Below are positions 1 through 8,267 of a stretch of 39,787 nucleotides of DNA, in pieces. The stretch's first letter is position 1, and each line of letters opens with the position of its first letter. Under the pieces are notes generated by a model, which worked only from the letters and a program-made list of their open reading frames with translations, was not told where the DNA came from and searched no databases. Where the stretch lies: NCBI GenBank assembly GCA_039586365.1, contig JBDHKN010000064.1, positions 1 through 39,787 of the forward strand, in the 5' to 3' direction. The stretch is from Gemmatimonadota bacterium. GTDB taxonomy: Bacteria; Gemmatimonadota; Gemmatimonadetes; Gemmatimonadales; GWC2-71-9. Position numbers and translations under genes: made by a program.

Positions 1-1
1 G

Positions 2-379
2 CGGAAGGGTGTGACTATCGACCCTGTTCCCAGAAAAGTGTACGAGCCTGATCGCTACTCTCTCTACCGCGTCCCTTACCTTACTCGGCGCAAACGCAAA
101 GAGGTGGTTGCAGCAGCAATGCGGCTCAAAGGCAGGAAACTCGATCGTGCCGCCCTGGTCACCAACATTCCCGCCAAACTACTAGGACTCAAGAAACCGC
201 TGCTCAGATTCGAGAAGAACCGCCTGTGGTGCAGTAGGTTGATCTGTGATGCCTACGCAGACGCCGGCATAGAGCTGTTGCCGGCCGACGGGTCAGGAAA
301 CGTGACCTCTGATGATCTCGCCTGTAGCACCGTGCTTGAGGAAATCGACCTCAGTCTCTCGTCCCGCAGGAAGAAGTGA
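2..379 (+). CDS. Permuted papain-like (YiiX/YebB, NlpC/P60) amidase family protein, 5'-truncated by window edge
   Basis: Frame is open from position 2; C-terminal WCSRLICDAYADAGIEL resembles the YCSELV..AY..AG catalytic Cys motif of permuted NlpC/P60 enzymes. Confidence 0.7.
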   Translation, partial: RKGVTIDPVPRKVYEPDRYSLYRVPYLTRRKRKEVVAAAMRLKGRKLDRAALVTNIPAKLLGLKKPLLRFEKNRLWCSRLICDAYADAGIELLPADGSGNVTSDDLACSTVLEEIDLSLSSRRKK

Positions 380-585
380 CTGGCGGTTCATCGTGGCGCT
401 CATGTGACTCAACTCCGACGATCGTACGTTCCCCAACTCAAGAGGAGACGTCGAGCAAGCCGCAGATGGGCTTGGCCCCTTTATGTTTAATGAGGGCAAT
501 TACCAGACAGGGCGCATGCAGTGGGCCGACCCCGGCACGGCGGGGCCGGGTCTTGGGGGCAGCACTACAGCCGGCCGCGGACAGC

Positions 586-921
586 ATGAACACACGGGTT
601 CTCGGTGAGAAACAAACCGACGATTCGACGACACTAGAGAGGCGGTGGACTTCGGTGGCTCGGGAACAGCACAGGAGCATTAGGAAAGCAGTGCGCCGGT
701 TTGCGGTAACCATGGTGGTGTTTCTCCTCATCATGGCCGTCGTGCTCGTTCTCGGCAGACTCGCGGGGGGAGCGTATTGGGTTGCGGCCGTCGTCTTTTG
801 CATCGTGGCATATGTGGCATTGACGGCGAGGGGAGCCGTGTTTCGGCAGAAGCTTGCCAGGTGGCAGTCACAGCGCCACCGTGCTCATGACGACCCTTCC
901 CAGTCCGACACCAAATCGTGA
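586..921 (+). CDS. Small hypothetical membrane protein (2 TM)
   Basis: ATG at 586 within ORF 376..921; two hydrophobic helices (FAVTMVVFLLIMAVVLVLG; YWVAAVVFCIVAYVALT). Confidence 0.45.
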   Translation: MNTRVLGEKQTDDSTTLERRWTSVAREQHRSIRKAVRRFAVTMVVFLLIMAVVLVLGRLAGGAYWVAAVVFCIVAYVALTARGAVFRQKLARWQSQRHRAHDDPSQSDTKS

Positions 922-942
922 CGACGAGGCGTCCAGGGGTGG

Positions 943-1155
943 ATGGTGTACGAACACCCGGGCGGGTGGATGAGCTCGTTTGTCGCTCTTGTGCCGGAGC
1001 AGAACCTGGCGGTCGGGACGTTCACAAACGCCAACTTCAATTCTGGTTTCGGGAGTATGGGGCTCGTGAGCGCGCTGAAGATGGAGGTACTTGAGCGTTT
1101 GCTCGGTGCCCCCGATGAAGATTGGAGCGAGCTGTTCCTCAATGCGAGAAACTGA
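943..1155 (+). pseudogene. C-terminal fragment of a beta-lactamase-family serine hydrolase
   Basis: YEHPGGWMSSFVALVPEQNLAVGTFTN matches the HxG...S.....P...L.V..LTN C-terminal strands; no SxxK/YxN region present. Confidence 0.6.
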
Positions 1156-1223
1156 TCCAGCAGGTCGGGCTCTCGGACCGTCTCACACGAGGTCGGCACG
1201 ACCCGCCACATCACAAATCTGTG

Positions 1224-1388
1224 GTGTGCGAGTAGTGTGCGAACTCAGCCAAACTGAGCCAAACCCAGAGAAACGCAGCCAAACAACTCGCTCGCGTAAC
1301 TGCTTACCCAGCAATACGTAGCAATACTCAAACGAACTCAACCAAACTCAGCCAAACTCGCTAGGACTGACCGAGAATCAGTAGGTCG
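1224..1388 (+). repeat. 10-bp periodic repeat block (AAACTCAGCC-like) with GTGTGCGA direct repeats, ending in a tRNA-like anticodon arm; putative decayed att site
   Basis: GTGTGCGA at 1224 and 1235; gaactcagcc/aaactgagcc/aaacccagag/aaacgcagcc at 1241-1280 and similar units at about 1325-1360; ACTGA-CCGAGAA-TCAGT-AGGTCG at 1366-1388. Confidence 0.55.
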
Positions 1389-1493
1389 TTCTTCAACGCT
1401 CAGCGTGTCTGGGGGGGGCAGGGCATTGTCTACGCGCCACGTCAGCGCGTGCCAACAGCAAGCTCTCCATTCTGATCGCACGTAGCACTTGGT

Positions 1494-1760
1494 TTAGGAT
1501 TCTCGTCGGCGGGGTTCTTGCGCGCTGTGCTTTGACATTCGCCGGAATTTGCGCTCTACAGCGCTAGGAATGAGCAGTCGGTCCGCAATGGCCGCCAGTT
1601 CCTCGGCTTCCTTCCACGCTAGTTCTAGGAGAGCAAGGTCGCTTTGCGCAAACATGCGCTCGTTTTCCTCGTTGACTGCCATCTCGACAGCGAGGCGCAG
1701 CTCCGCCGGGTACTTCTGGACCGGAGGAGCCTCCCGCGGCCGATCTATTTCCACTTCCAT
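1494..1760 (-). pseudogene. C-terminal fragment of a conserved hypothetical protein (LAVEMAVNEENER...LELAWKEAEELAAIAD motif)
   Basis: Motif recalled as the C-terminal helix of longer Gemmatimonadota hypothetical proteins; N-terminal part absent. Confidence 0.5.
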
Positions 1761-1770
1761 CTGCTCTAGG

Positions 1771-1914
1771 CTAGCGCGCGTCCAGCTTCGCCCGAAGCTC
1801 CTCGGAAGAGACCGGCGGCGCCGGGAAGTGCTCCGCCGCGTTGGTGAGTCCGTCGATCACCCGCACCGCTAGCGTGGCGATGTCCGACTCGGTTCTGGGA
1901 AACCGCTTAGCCAT
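1771..1914 (-). pseudogene. N-terminal 47-aa fragment of a probable fibronectin type III domain protein
   Basis: GAGG RBS before ATG; MAKRFPRTESDIATLAVRVIDGLTNAAEHFPAPPVSSEELRAKLDA resembles the N-terminus of helical+Fn3 proteins; stops abruptly. Confidence 0.5.
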
Positions 1915-1964
1915 ACGAACCTCATTGTGAAAGTGAATGGGGACCAGGTCCAACGGCCGATCGG

Positions 1965-2140
1965 CCGCGGACAATGGGCGTGGGGCCACGGACATCAGGG
2001 CGAGGCCCACGGACATTCGTCGGTTGTCCACGGACATTTGTCCGTTGTCAACGGACAGATGGCTGATGTCCACGGACAAATGCCTGATGTCCACGGACAA
2101 ATGCCTGATGTCCACGGACAAATGCCTGATGTCCACGGAC
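1965..2140. repeat. 21-bp tandem repeat, about 9 units, core TGTCCACGGACA
   Basis: CCACGGAC(A)-type core at 1965, 1986, 2007, 2028, 2049, 2070, 2091, 2112 and 2133 (exact 21-bp period); three units identical. Confidence 0.95.
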
Positions 2141-2528
2141 CGGAGCCTCGAGTGCATGGCCGCGAGCCCGTTGTCCTCGGACCAAGGCGCGGGTTTCACG
2201 GGATCGCCCTCCGCACGGGCACTCCCAGACGCCACAATAGCTGCGTTGCCCTCCAGCCACCATGACTCTCCTAACGGCGGTGGCAATCGGCGGTGTCCGA
2301 GTGATGTCCGCGTGACACTGCCGAGTCAGATGTTGCCGAACGGTTGAAGTACGCCGGTGGCCTTTTGTGCCCCGCCGCCATAGCAGACGCCGTTGCTGGA
2401 CGCCGCAGTGGATGCCCGCCAGACGACGTGACCACCGGATTCGACACCGGCCGGTCTGTATGGCCGTCTATATGACCTTTACTCGACGGCCTCGGCAGAT
2501 CTTCGCTCAACGCTAGCCGGAGTGACCG

Positions 2529-3646
2529 ATGCGCCACCTCAGTCCGCTCAACGTCCTGGGCCTCTCGGCCATCGTTGTGGCCTGCGGCAGCGACCCCCAG
2601 GGACCCGCCATCGAACCGGCAGACACGGCGCAGACTCGTGGTATCCTACTGACGAGTGGCGAGTGGGTGTTTCATGGCGGCCCACTGGTGTGGGTTCCCG
2701 GTACAGAGTTGGTCGCATTCCCCAGCCCGGACACCGGGGGGTGCGCCATCAAGACTGTACACGCGGGGAGCGGCGGGACGAGCGTTATCGACGGCGACTG
2801 CCTGAGTATCCGTTCTCTCATGCTTTGGGGGCGGGAGCGCTATTTCCGCAGCCTTGTGGCGGCGTGGGAAGGCAACGCGCTCTATTACTCGGTAGGGATC
2901 GGCGGCAGCTTGTACGCCGACTGGGTGCTGCGCGTGGCCGACCTCGTTGGTGGTGGCACGAGTACGCTTCACAGCGGTGTGGCGCCGGCGCTGGCAGTGT
3001 CACCGGACGGCCAGCACTTGGGGTTCGATAGAAGCGACTCTCCCATCGTCAGGCATCTCTCGAGCGGGGCTGAGACCCACTATGGCGACTATGGCCAACA
3101 GGAGGGGTCTGGCGGTCCGATCACGTTCTCCCCAGACGGCAACGAGCTGCTCTATGGGAAGTGGGTCCCATTAGAGCTCACCCTACGCCGGTTGTCGCTT
3201 GATGACCGGACGAGCGAACAGGTCTCGCTGCCTTTCTCTTGGAGTGATGCGCGACTCCTTCATTGGGGCGCATCCGGCATCGAGGTGCTCGCGGAAACAT
3301 CCGGGTACCATGTGCACAATCTCACGACGGGGGGGCAGTCCAGGTCGGTTCGATTCAGCGCGGACTCGGGGAGCCCTACTACGAATACTCCGTCGGCCGG
3401 GGAGAGGCATGGTCGATCGATGGAACCCGCGTGGCCTATTCGATCCTGCGCCAGTGGTACGGACGACGGGAGGTCCGGTATGCCTTGTTCGTTGCCGACA
3501 CCCGGACGGGCAGCCGGGTCCGCGTGGCGTACACGAGCGTCGGAGCCAGTCCCACCGTATTCTCCCCAGACGGCACACGGCTCGTGTACCACAGCTCCCC
3601 CCCTGAGCACTCCCACGGGGACTTCTACGTCGTTGAAGTGCCGTGA
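2529..3646 (+). pseudogene. TolB/PD40-like beta-propeller lipoprotein, frameshifted at a G7 run (3329-3335)
   Basis: Lipobox VVAC; SPDG repeats in ORF 2529.. up to NLTTG, then continuing in ORF 3263..3646 (AWSIDGTRVAY, FSPDGTRLVY); one extra G would join them. Confidence 0.75.
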
Positions 3647-3799
3647 GCAGCGCGATGCCGGTTTCCCTTCAGGCGGTCCAGAATGTCGGCCATACGGCGA
3701 CTCGTCTGGGTCCCGCATTGAGGTATGATCTGCGGCAGGAGACGGCCAGATTGGCGTCTATCACAACGCCCAGCGCGGGGCCGGGCGGTGCGGATGCAG

Positions 3800-3930
3800 T
3801 TACCCTGCTGGCTCGGTGTGTCGATAGGTCTCTGCGAAGCTCACGATTCTCCACCGACCCTCCGCATAGGCCCATACGGCGCTCCAAGTGTGGTCAACAA
3901 GTGTCGCACTTCCTCGTTCGAAGTTCCTAC
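3800..3930 (-). pseudogene. C-terminal remnant of an NTF2/SnoaL-like (DUF4440) gene
   Basis: TLVDHTWSAVWAYAEGRWRIVSFAET matches the terminal 'T.VW....G.WKIV..H.S' hairpin; no start, lies just downstream of vapC; left boundary approximate. Confidence 0.5.
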
Positions 3931-3945
3931 AGCCTGGAGCAGGGT

Positions 3946-4368
3946 CTACGGTTCCACGCCGAGTCCCAGACCTCGCGCGTTCGACCTGACTCGCTCGTCG
4001 AGGGACACCATTGTCACGTTGCCCAGCGCCTCTTGGAACAAGACGGCCGTGGCGAGGTGAAGCGCGTCGAGGGTGCGCACGGGCTCGTTGGGGAAAGGAA
4101 CCCGGGACCGGTTTAAGACCCGGTCGGTGAGGTCGAGGAGTGTCCAGGAACGCTCGGCGGTATCCAGCAGCCGCAGGGCCGCCAGCTCGTCTGCGGCGGT
4201 GATCCGTCCGGTGGTGGCACCGCGGGCGAGAGCGCGCGCCGATTCGACACCTGTGAGGGCCGACGTCACGACCCGGGTCGCGTCCCGCAGTATCTCTCTC
4301 ACCTGCGATCCGTCTGGCTCTCCCAACACCCAGGCCAGAACGGCGCTGCTCTCCGCGTATGCGATCAC
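3946..4368 (-). CDS. vapC: VapC-family PIN-domain toxin
   Basis: AYAESSAVL, E, RTLDALHLATA and SLDER PIN motifs; GTGA overlap with antitoxin. Confidence 0.9.
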   Translation of the reverse strand: MIAYAESSAVLAWVLGEPDGSQVREILRDATRVVTSALTGVESARALARGATTGRITAADELAALRLLDTAERSWTLLDLTDRVLNRSRVPFPNEPVRTLDALHLATAVLFQEALGNVTMVSLDERVRSNARGLGLGVEP

Positions 4369-4661
4369 CGCTCTCCCCGCTCCTCATCCAACAGAGCGCG
4401 AGCAGTGCCGGCCGGAGCTTTGACTGGTGAAGCACAGTAGGAATCGGGTGGGCCCGGCTCTCCCACGCGGAGTCCGCCTGCCTCTGCGAGACGCCGCAAC
4501 CCGCGATCCATTTCGCTCTCGGCGAGTCCAGAGCCCCCCGGGGCGCGCAGCTCTGCTACGACCCGTTGCCGATCCGTTATCAGGATGACTTCTCCGGCCC
4601 GTACCTCTCGCAGATAGCGGCTCAAGTGCGCCTTGAGCTCGCGAATGCCCACGGCCTTCAT
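4365..4661 (-). CDS. Phd/YefM-family antitoxin
   Basis: MKAVGIRELKAHLSRYLREVRAGEVILITDR is a typical Phd N-terminus; directly upstream of the PIN toxin. Confidence 0.9.
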   Translation of the reverse strand: MKAVGIRELKAHLSRYLREVRAGEVILITDRQRVVAELRAPGGSGLAESEMDRGLRRLAEAGGLRVGEPGPPDSYCASPVKAPAGTARALLDEERGER

Positions 4662-4666
4662 GCCTC

Positions 4667-4694
4667 GCAATGTAGTCTCATGAGACTACATTGC
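4667..4694. promoter_or_regulatory. Perfect 28-bp palindrome, probable TA autoregulatory operator
   Basis: GCAATGTAGTCTCA|TGAGACTACATTGC, 5 bp upstream of the antitoxin ATG. Confidence 0.8.
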
Positions 4695-4750
4695 CAACCC
4701 AAGCTGGGCGGCTCGTGGCTCCCCTGGTGTCGCCGAGAAAGGACCTCATC

Positions 4751-5023
4751 ATGTCTCGCTTGCCTCAGGCGAGCGCAATGCTCGCCCCGGTCATGTTCCT
4801 TGCAGCCTGCTCGCCTGACCAGACCTCCAACCTAGAGGGGGCCGTTTCGAGGGACACGCTCCCGAATGGAACTGTATTGGTGCATTACGGCGAACTGCCC
4901 ATGGGTGAGGTGATTGTGGCCGAGATCGACCTGCGCCTCGGGGAGATGGAAGGTGACCCGAACTTCATTTTTGGTGACGTGCGCGGAATCGAGGCCGGGC
5001 CAACTCACGAATTCGTCCGGTAA
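4751..5023 (+). pseudogene. N-terminal fragment of a 6-bladed beta-propeller lipoprotein
   Basis: AAAGGA RBS, lipobox LAAC, LRLGEMEGDPNFIFGDVRGIEAG (first blade start), then premature stop. Confidence 0.65.
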
Positions 5024-5068
5024 CCCACGGGCCAACGTCCGATCACGATCGGTGACCCCAGCCATTGG

Positions 5069-5404
5069 CTACCTCCGCCGCCGATCCTTGCCGCTCCTGC
5101 GATCAACTGCCACTGACACGTCCAACACACGCCGGTCCCTGCCCGAGCGGCGTTCCACCGCGCGAGCGAATAATCGCCGCAGATTGTCTTCCGAATGCCA
5201 GTCACGGCTCCAAGACGTGAGGGCCACCCGTGTCTCACCTGAACGCTCAAACACAACCGTTATCTCGCGAGCGAAGTACCGATCTTCCTCTGACATCCAA
5301 GAACCGAGCTGACCGCGCCCAAACGCACGGACTCGCCATTCCCGACTCTCATCGTCGACGAAACCGACCCGTGGGTTGAAAGAAGTGGATATGGCTGCCC
5401 TCAC
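5069..5404 (-). CDS. Small hypothetical protein with C-terminal ERRxxxDRR repeats
   Basis: F.D....W.V...F.....R.....DW....L..LF..A pattern plus ERRSGRDRR and DRRSGKDRR; start uncertain. Confidence 0.6.
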   Translation of the reverse strand: MRAAISTSFNPRVGFVDDESREWRVRAFGRGQLGSWMSEEDRYFAREITVVFERSGETRVALTSWSRDWHSEDNLRRLFARAVERRSGRDRRVLDVSVAVDRRSGKDRRRR

Positions 5405-5959
5405 TATGAGCTGGCCTCCCCTCGTTCTCGAATGACTGGCGCCAACATCGCCCTGTTGTTGCCGGCGGTCGTCACATTCTGGAAGGTCGAACCCGGGCTG
5501 AATAGCAGCCGGGCTCTGAGCACGTCCGAGGATTAGCGGTGCAAGTCGAATACCGCGAGGCAGCGATCGCGTTGGGCGCTAACGCCGCCTGCAGCAACAA
5601 GTTACGTGCTGTGATTACCGTCACGTTCCCGCCTGTGCCGTCTCGTTATGGGTCACCATGTCTTGTTTTGCGGCAGTGTGAATCCTGCGAGATTGCTGGG
5701 CGTCCTAGGTCAAACGCGCCCTCGCCATCAGATCGTGGGAACAGTCAGACTACACGCGGTCCACAGCTAGGACATTATGGACCGACAGAGGACGCTGACT
5801 GCGCTCATAGCCATGCTTTCGTGCGTGGGGCAACAGCCGTCTGAGTAGTGGGATGTCCACGCAGCGAACGTCGTGTCGGAGGCCGTTCCCGCTACTCGAG
5901 ACAGGCCCGAAGTATACGCATATCGCTTTCGAACGAATCCGCCTCCAGCGGGCCGAACG

Positions 5960-6253
5960 AGAAGCGGTGTCCCCCTGGTCTGTCTTCCCATGGGCCGCGA
6001 TCAGTTCTTCGTCTCCGGTCGTGTTGCCTCTCTGGGCCTCGGGCGGACGGTCTCGGTGGAAGCCAGCCCCGAAGAGATCGGCCAGGAGATCATCCGGGTC
6101 TTGCACGATCCCGAATACCGGAAGGCGGCCGGCGATCTGGCGCAAACAATCGACCCCAGCAAGGGTCTTGCCACGGCTGTGACTCTGGTCGAAGAAATGA
6201 TCGCTCTCCCAGGACAGCGAAACAGCGATTCCAACCTTATTATAGAATTCTAG
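5960..6253 (+). pseudogene. C-terminal fragment of a GT1 (UDP-glycosyltransferase/MGT) gene
   Basis: GVPLVCLPMGRDQFFVSGRVASLGLG...VLHDPEYRKAA is the GT1 C-terminal signature; HGG motif and N-domain missing; left boundary approximate. Confidence 0.75.
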
Positions 6254-6317
6254 TATCTAACAGGACACCTCCGCCCACCACGTTCGTGTGGTCAGGACCG
6301 AATCCCGACCCGAGCGT

Positions 6318-6809
6318 ATGAAAGACACCGTTCAGGACGCATTCCAGGGTCTGACGCCCACCCGACCCGTCTACGCCGTACGGACCAAGCGGGAACTCCT
6401 CGGTGCGAGCATGGCGGCCCGACGGATCACGTTGATCGTGCTGACTGTCTTCGCGGGCGTTGCACTCGTGTTGGCGGCAAGCGGCATCTACGGCGTCATC
6501 GCCTATTCGGTCTCACTTAGGACGCACGAGTTCGGCATACGCATGGCGCTGGGAGCCAGCTCCGTTCACGTACACAGGCTGGTACTTGGCTGGGCGGCAA
6601 TACTCGCATTCCTTGGTGTTGGCCTCGGGCTGGCCACGTCACTTCCCGCGACCACCCTTGTGTCGAGCATGCTGTTCGGGGTGAGAGCGAGGGACCCTGG
6701 GACCTTCGCAGCAGTCAGCGTCTTGCTCGTGCTCACGGCATTGGTGGCAAGCACGATCCCCGCGCTGCGGGCGACCAAGGTTCAGCCGCTGGCGACGCTG
6801 TCGCAGTGA
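6318..6809 (+). pseudogene. C-terminal FtsX domain fragment of an ADOP/MacB-type ABC permease
   Basis: GIYGVIAYSVSLRTHEFGIRMALGA...RATKVQPLATL; about one fifth the length of the intact paralog at 21665. Confidence 0.8.
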
Positions 6810-6851
6810 GGGAAGCTGTCGCCATCTACTTGGGAACATGAGCAGAAGGGT

Positions 6852-8027
6852 GTGATGATGAAGAACCGTCTCTTTGCCGTTGTGATCCTGTTGCTGGTAT
6901 CCGCCGCGGAGCCTCTCGTTGCGCAGCAGTCTGTCGCCGCACGGATCAGGGTTGTCGAGAATGGGCTGGCTGCTGCGGATTCTCCGAGCGGGAGTCGTTC
7001 TTGGACGCTCTTGGAGCGCATGGCTCACTACAACGTGCCGGGCGTAAGCATCGCCGTTATTCAGGACTTCGCGGTTGCCTGGTCGAAAGGGTACGGAGTT
7101 CGGGACGCCGAGACAGGCGGTGTTGTCACGGACACAACACTGTTCCAGGCTGCCTCCATCAGCAAGTCTGTAACCGCGGCCGTCGCGCTTCGTCTGGTGG
7201 ATGACGATGTCCTACGTCTCGATCGTGACGTCAACCAGCAACTTGCGTCGTGGAGCGTACCGGAAAACGAACTGACCAAAGTGGAGAAGGTGACTCTCCG
7301 ACGTCTGCTATCGCATAGCGCCGGGCTTACCGTGTCAGGCTTCAGGGGGTACGCACCAGGCGAAGCCGTCCCGACGATCCTTCAAATCCTTGACGGCAGC
7401 GAGCCTGCAAACTCGGATCCGGTCCGCGTGGACTACGAGCCGGGATCCAACACTCGCTATTCCGGTGGAGGGTACACCGTACTGCAACTGCTGATTGAAG
7501 ATGTCACGGGGGAGCCGTTTCCCGCGCTTGCCGAAGAGATCGTGTTTATGAACGCCGGCATGCTTCACAGTTCATTCAGGAAACCGTTGCCGCATGCGCT
7601 CGCTGCCCTGACCACGTCAGCGCATACGAGTGAAGGTCAGCCGAGGCAAGGGCATTCATTCGCCCGAGGCGGATCGGGTTGTTGTGGTTTGTGGACTACC
7701 GCTCGGGACCTCGCCAGGCTCGCGGCAAGTGTGCAACGGGCCGCACGTGGGGACACGGGTGGATTTCTCTCGCGAGAATCTGCCGTGGCGATGCTGACAC
7801 CAACCAATTCCGACCGTGTGGGATTGGGCTTCATGTTGGAGCAGCGCGGAGATGCCACGTATTTCAGTCACAGTGGTGGGAATCCTCCGGGTTTCACCTG
7901 TTATCTCGTCGCGCATAGGGACGCGGGATATGGCGCAGCGGTGATGACCAACAGCAGCAACGGTGGTGAGTTGTACCGTGAGATCGTTAGGGCCATTGCC
8001 CGCGTGTATGATTGGCAGGGGTACTAG
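6852..8027 (+). CDS. Secreted serine hydrolase, beta-lactamase class C/AmpC family
   Basis: Signal peptide; FQAASISK (SxxK), LLSHSAG, YSGGGY and HSG motifs. Confidence 0.92.
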   Translation: MMMKNRLFAVVILLLVSAAEPLVAQQSVAARIRVVENGLAAADSPSGSRSWTLLERMAHYNVPGVSIAVIQDFAVAWSKGYGVRDAETGGVVTDTTLFQAASISKSVTAAVALRLVDDDVLRLDRDVNQQLASWSVPENELTKVEKVTLRRLLSHSAGLTVSGFRGYAPGEAVPTILQILDGSEPANSDPVRVDYEPGSNTRYSGGGYTVLQLLIEDVTGEPFPALAEEIVFMNAGMLHSSFRKPLPHALAALTTSAHTSEGQPRQGHSFARGGSGCCGLWTTARDLARLAASVQRAARGDTGGFLSRESAVAMLTPTNSDRVGLGFMLEQRGDATYFSHSGGNPPGFTCYLVAHRDAGYGAAVMTNSSNGGELYREIVRAIARVYDWQGY

Positions 8028-8267
8028 GCCGACACCGGTGATCCAAGAGGGTTCTGACAGCTCAGCGCAACCCCTAATGCATTATCGGGCTCAGCATCGA
8101 GTCGAGACGCAGTCTGGGCCCGGAACCACAGGGAGGCTGTGGATTGCTGACCTGTTGGAGGACCTGAAGGTTGAGCGGACCGACCGCGACGCATCGAGCG
8201 AAAACTCGGCATTAGTCGGTTGGCGACCGTCTACCCCGCCGAGGGCCTGAAGTAGCCGGATGTGTGC

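Noticed and set aside
1340..1420. Complete tRNA gene
   Set aside because: Only an anticodon-arm-like hairpin is present; no D arm, no GTTCRA T loop with stem and no acceptor stem
1464..1478. 15-bp exact repeat TCTCCATTCTGATCG, also at 11007-11021
   Set aside because: About one such match is expected by chance in 40 kb and it does not extend
1965..2140. CRISPR array
   Set aside because: Period is only 21 bp with about 9-bp, partly identical linkers; no unique spacers and no cas genes
5438..5520. Integron attC site or cassette array
   Set aside because: GCCAAC start is suggestive, but I found no matching GTTRRRY end with paired L boxes; genes are in mixed orientation and no intI is present
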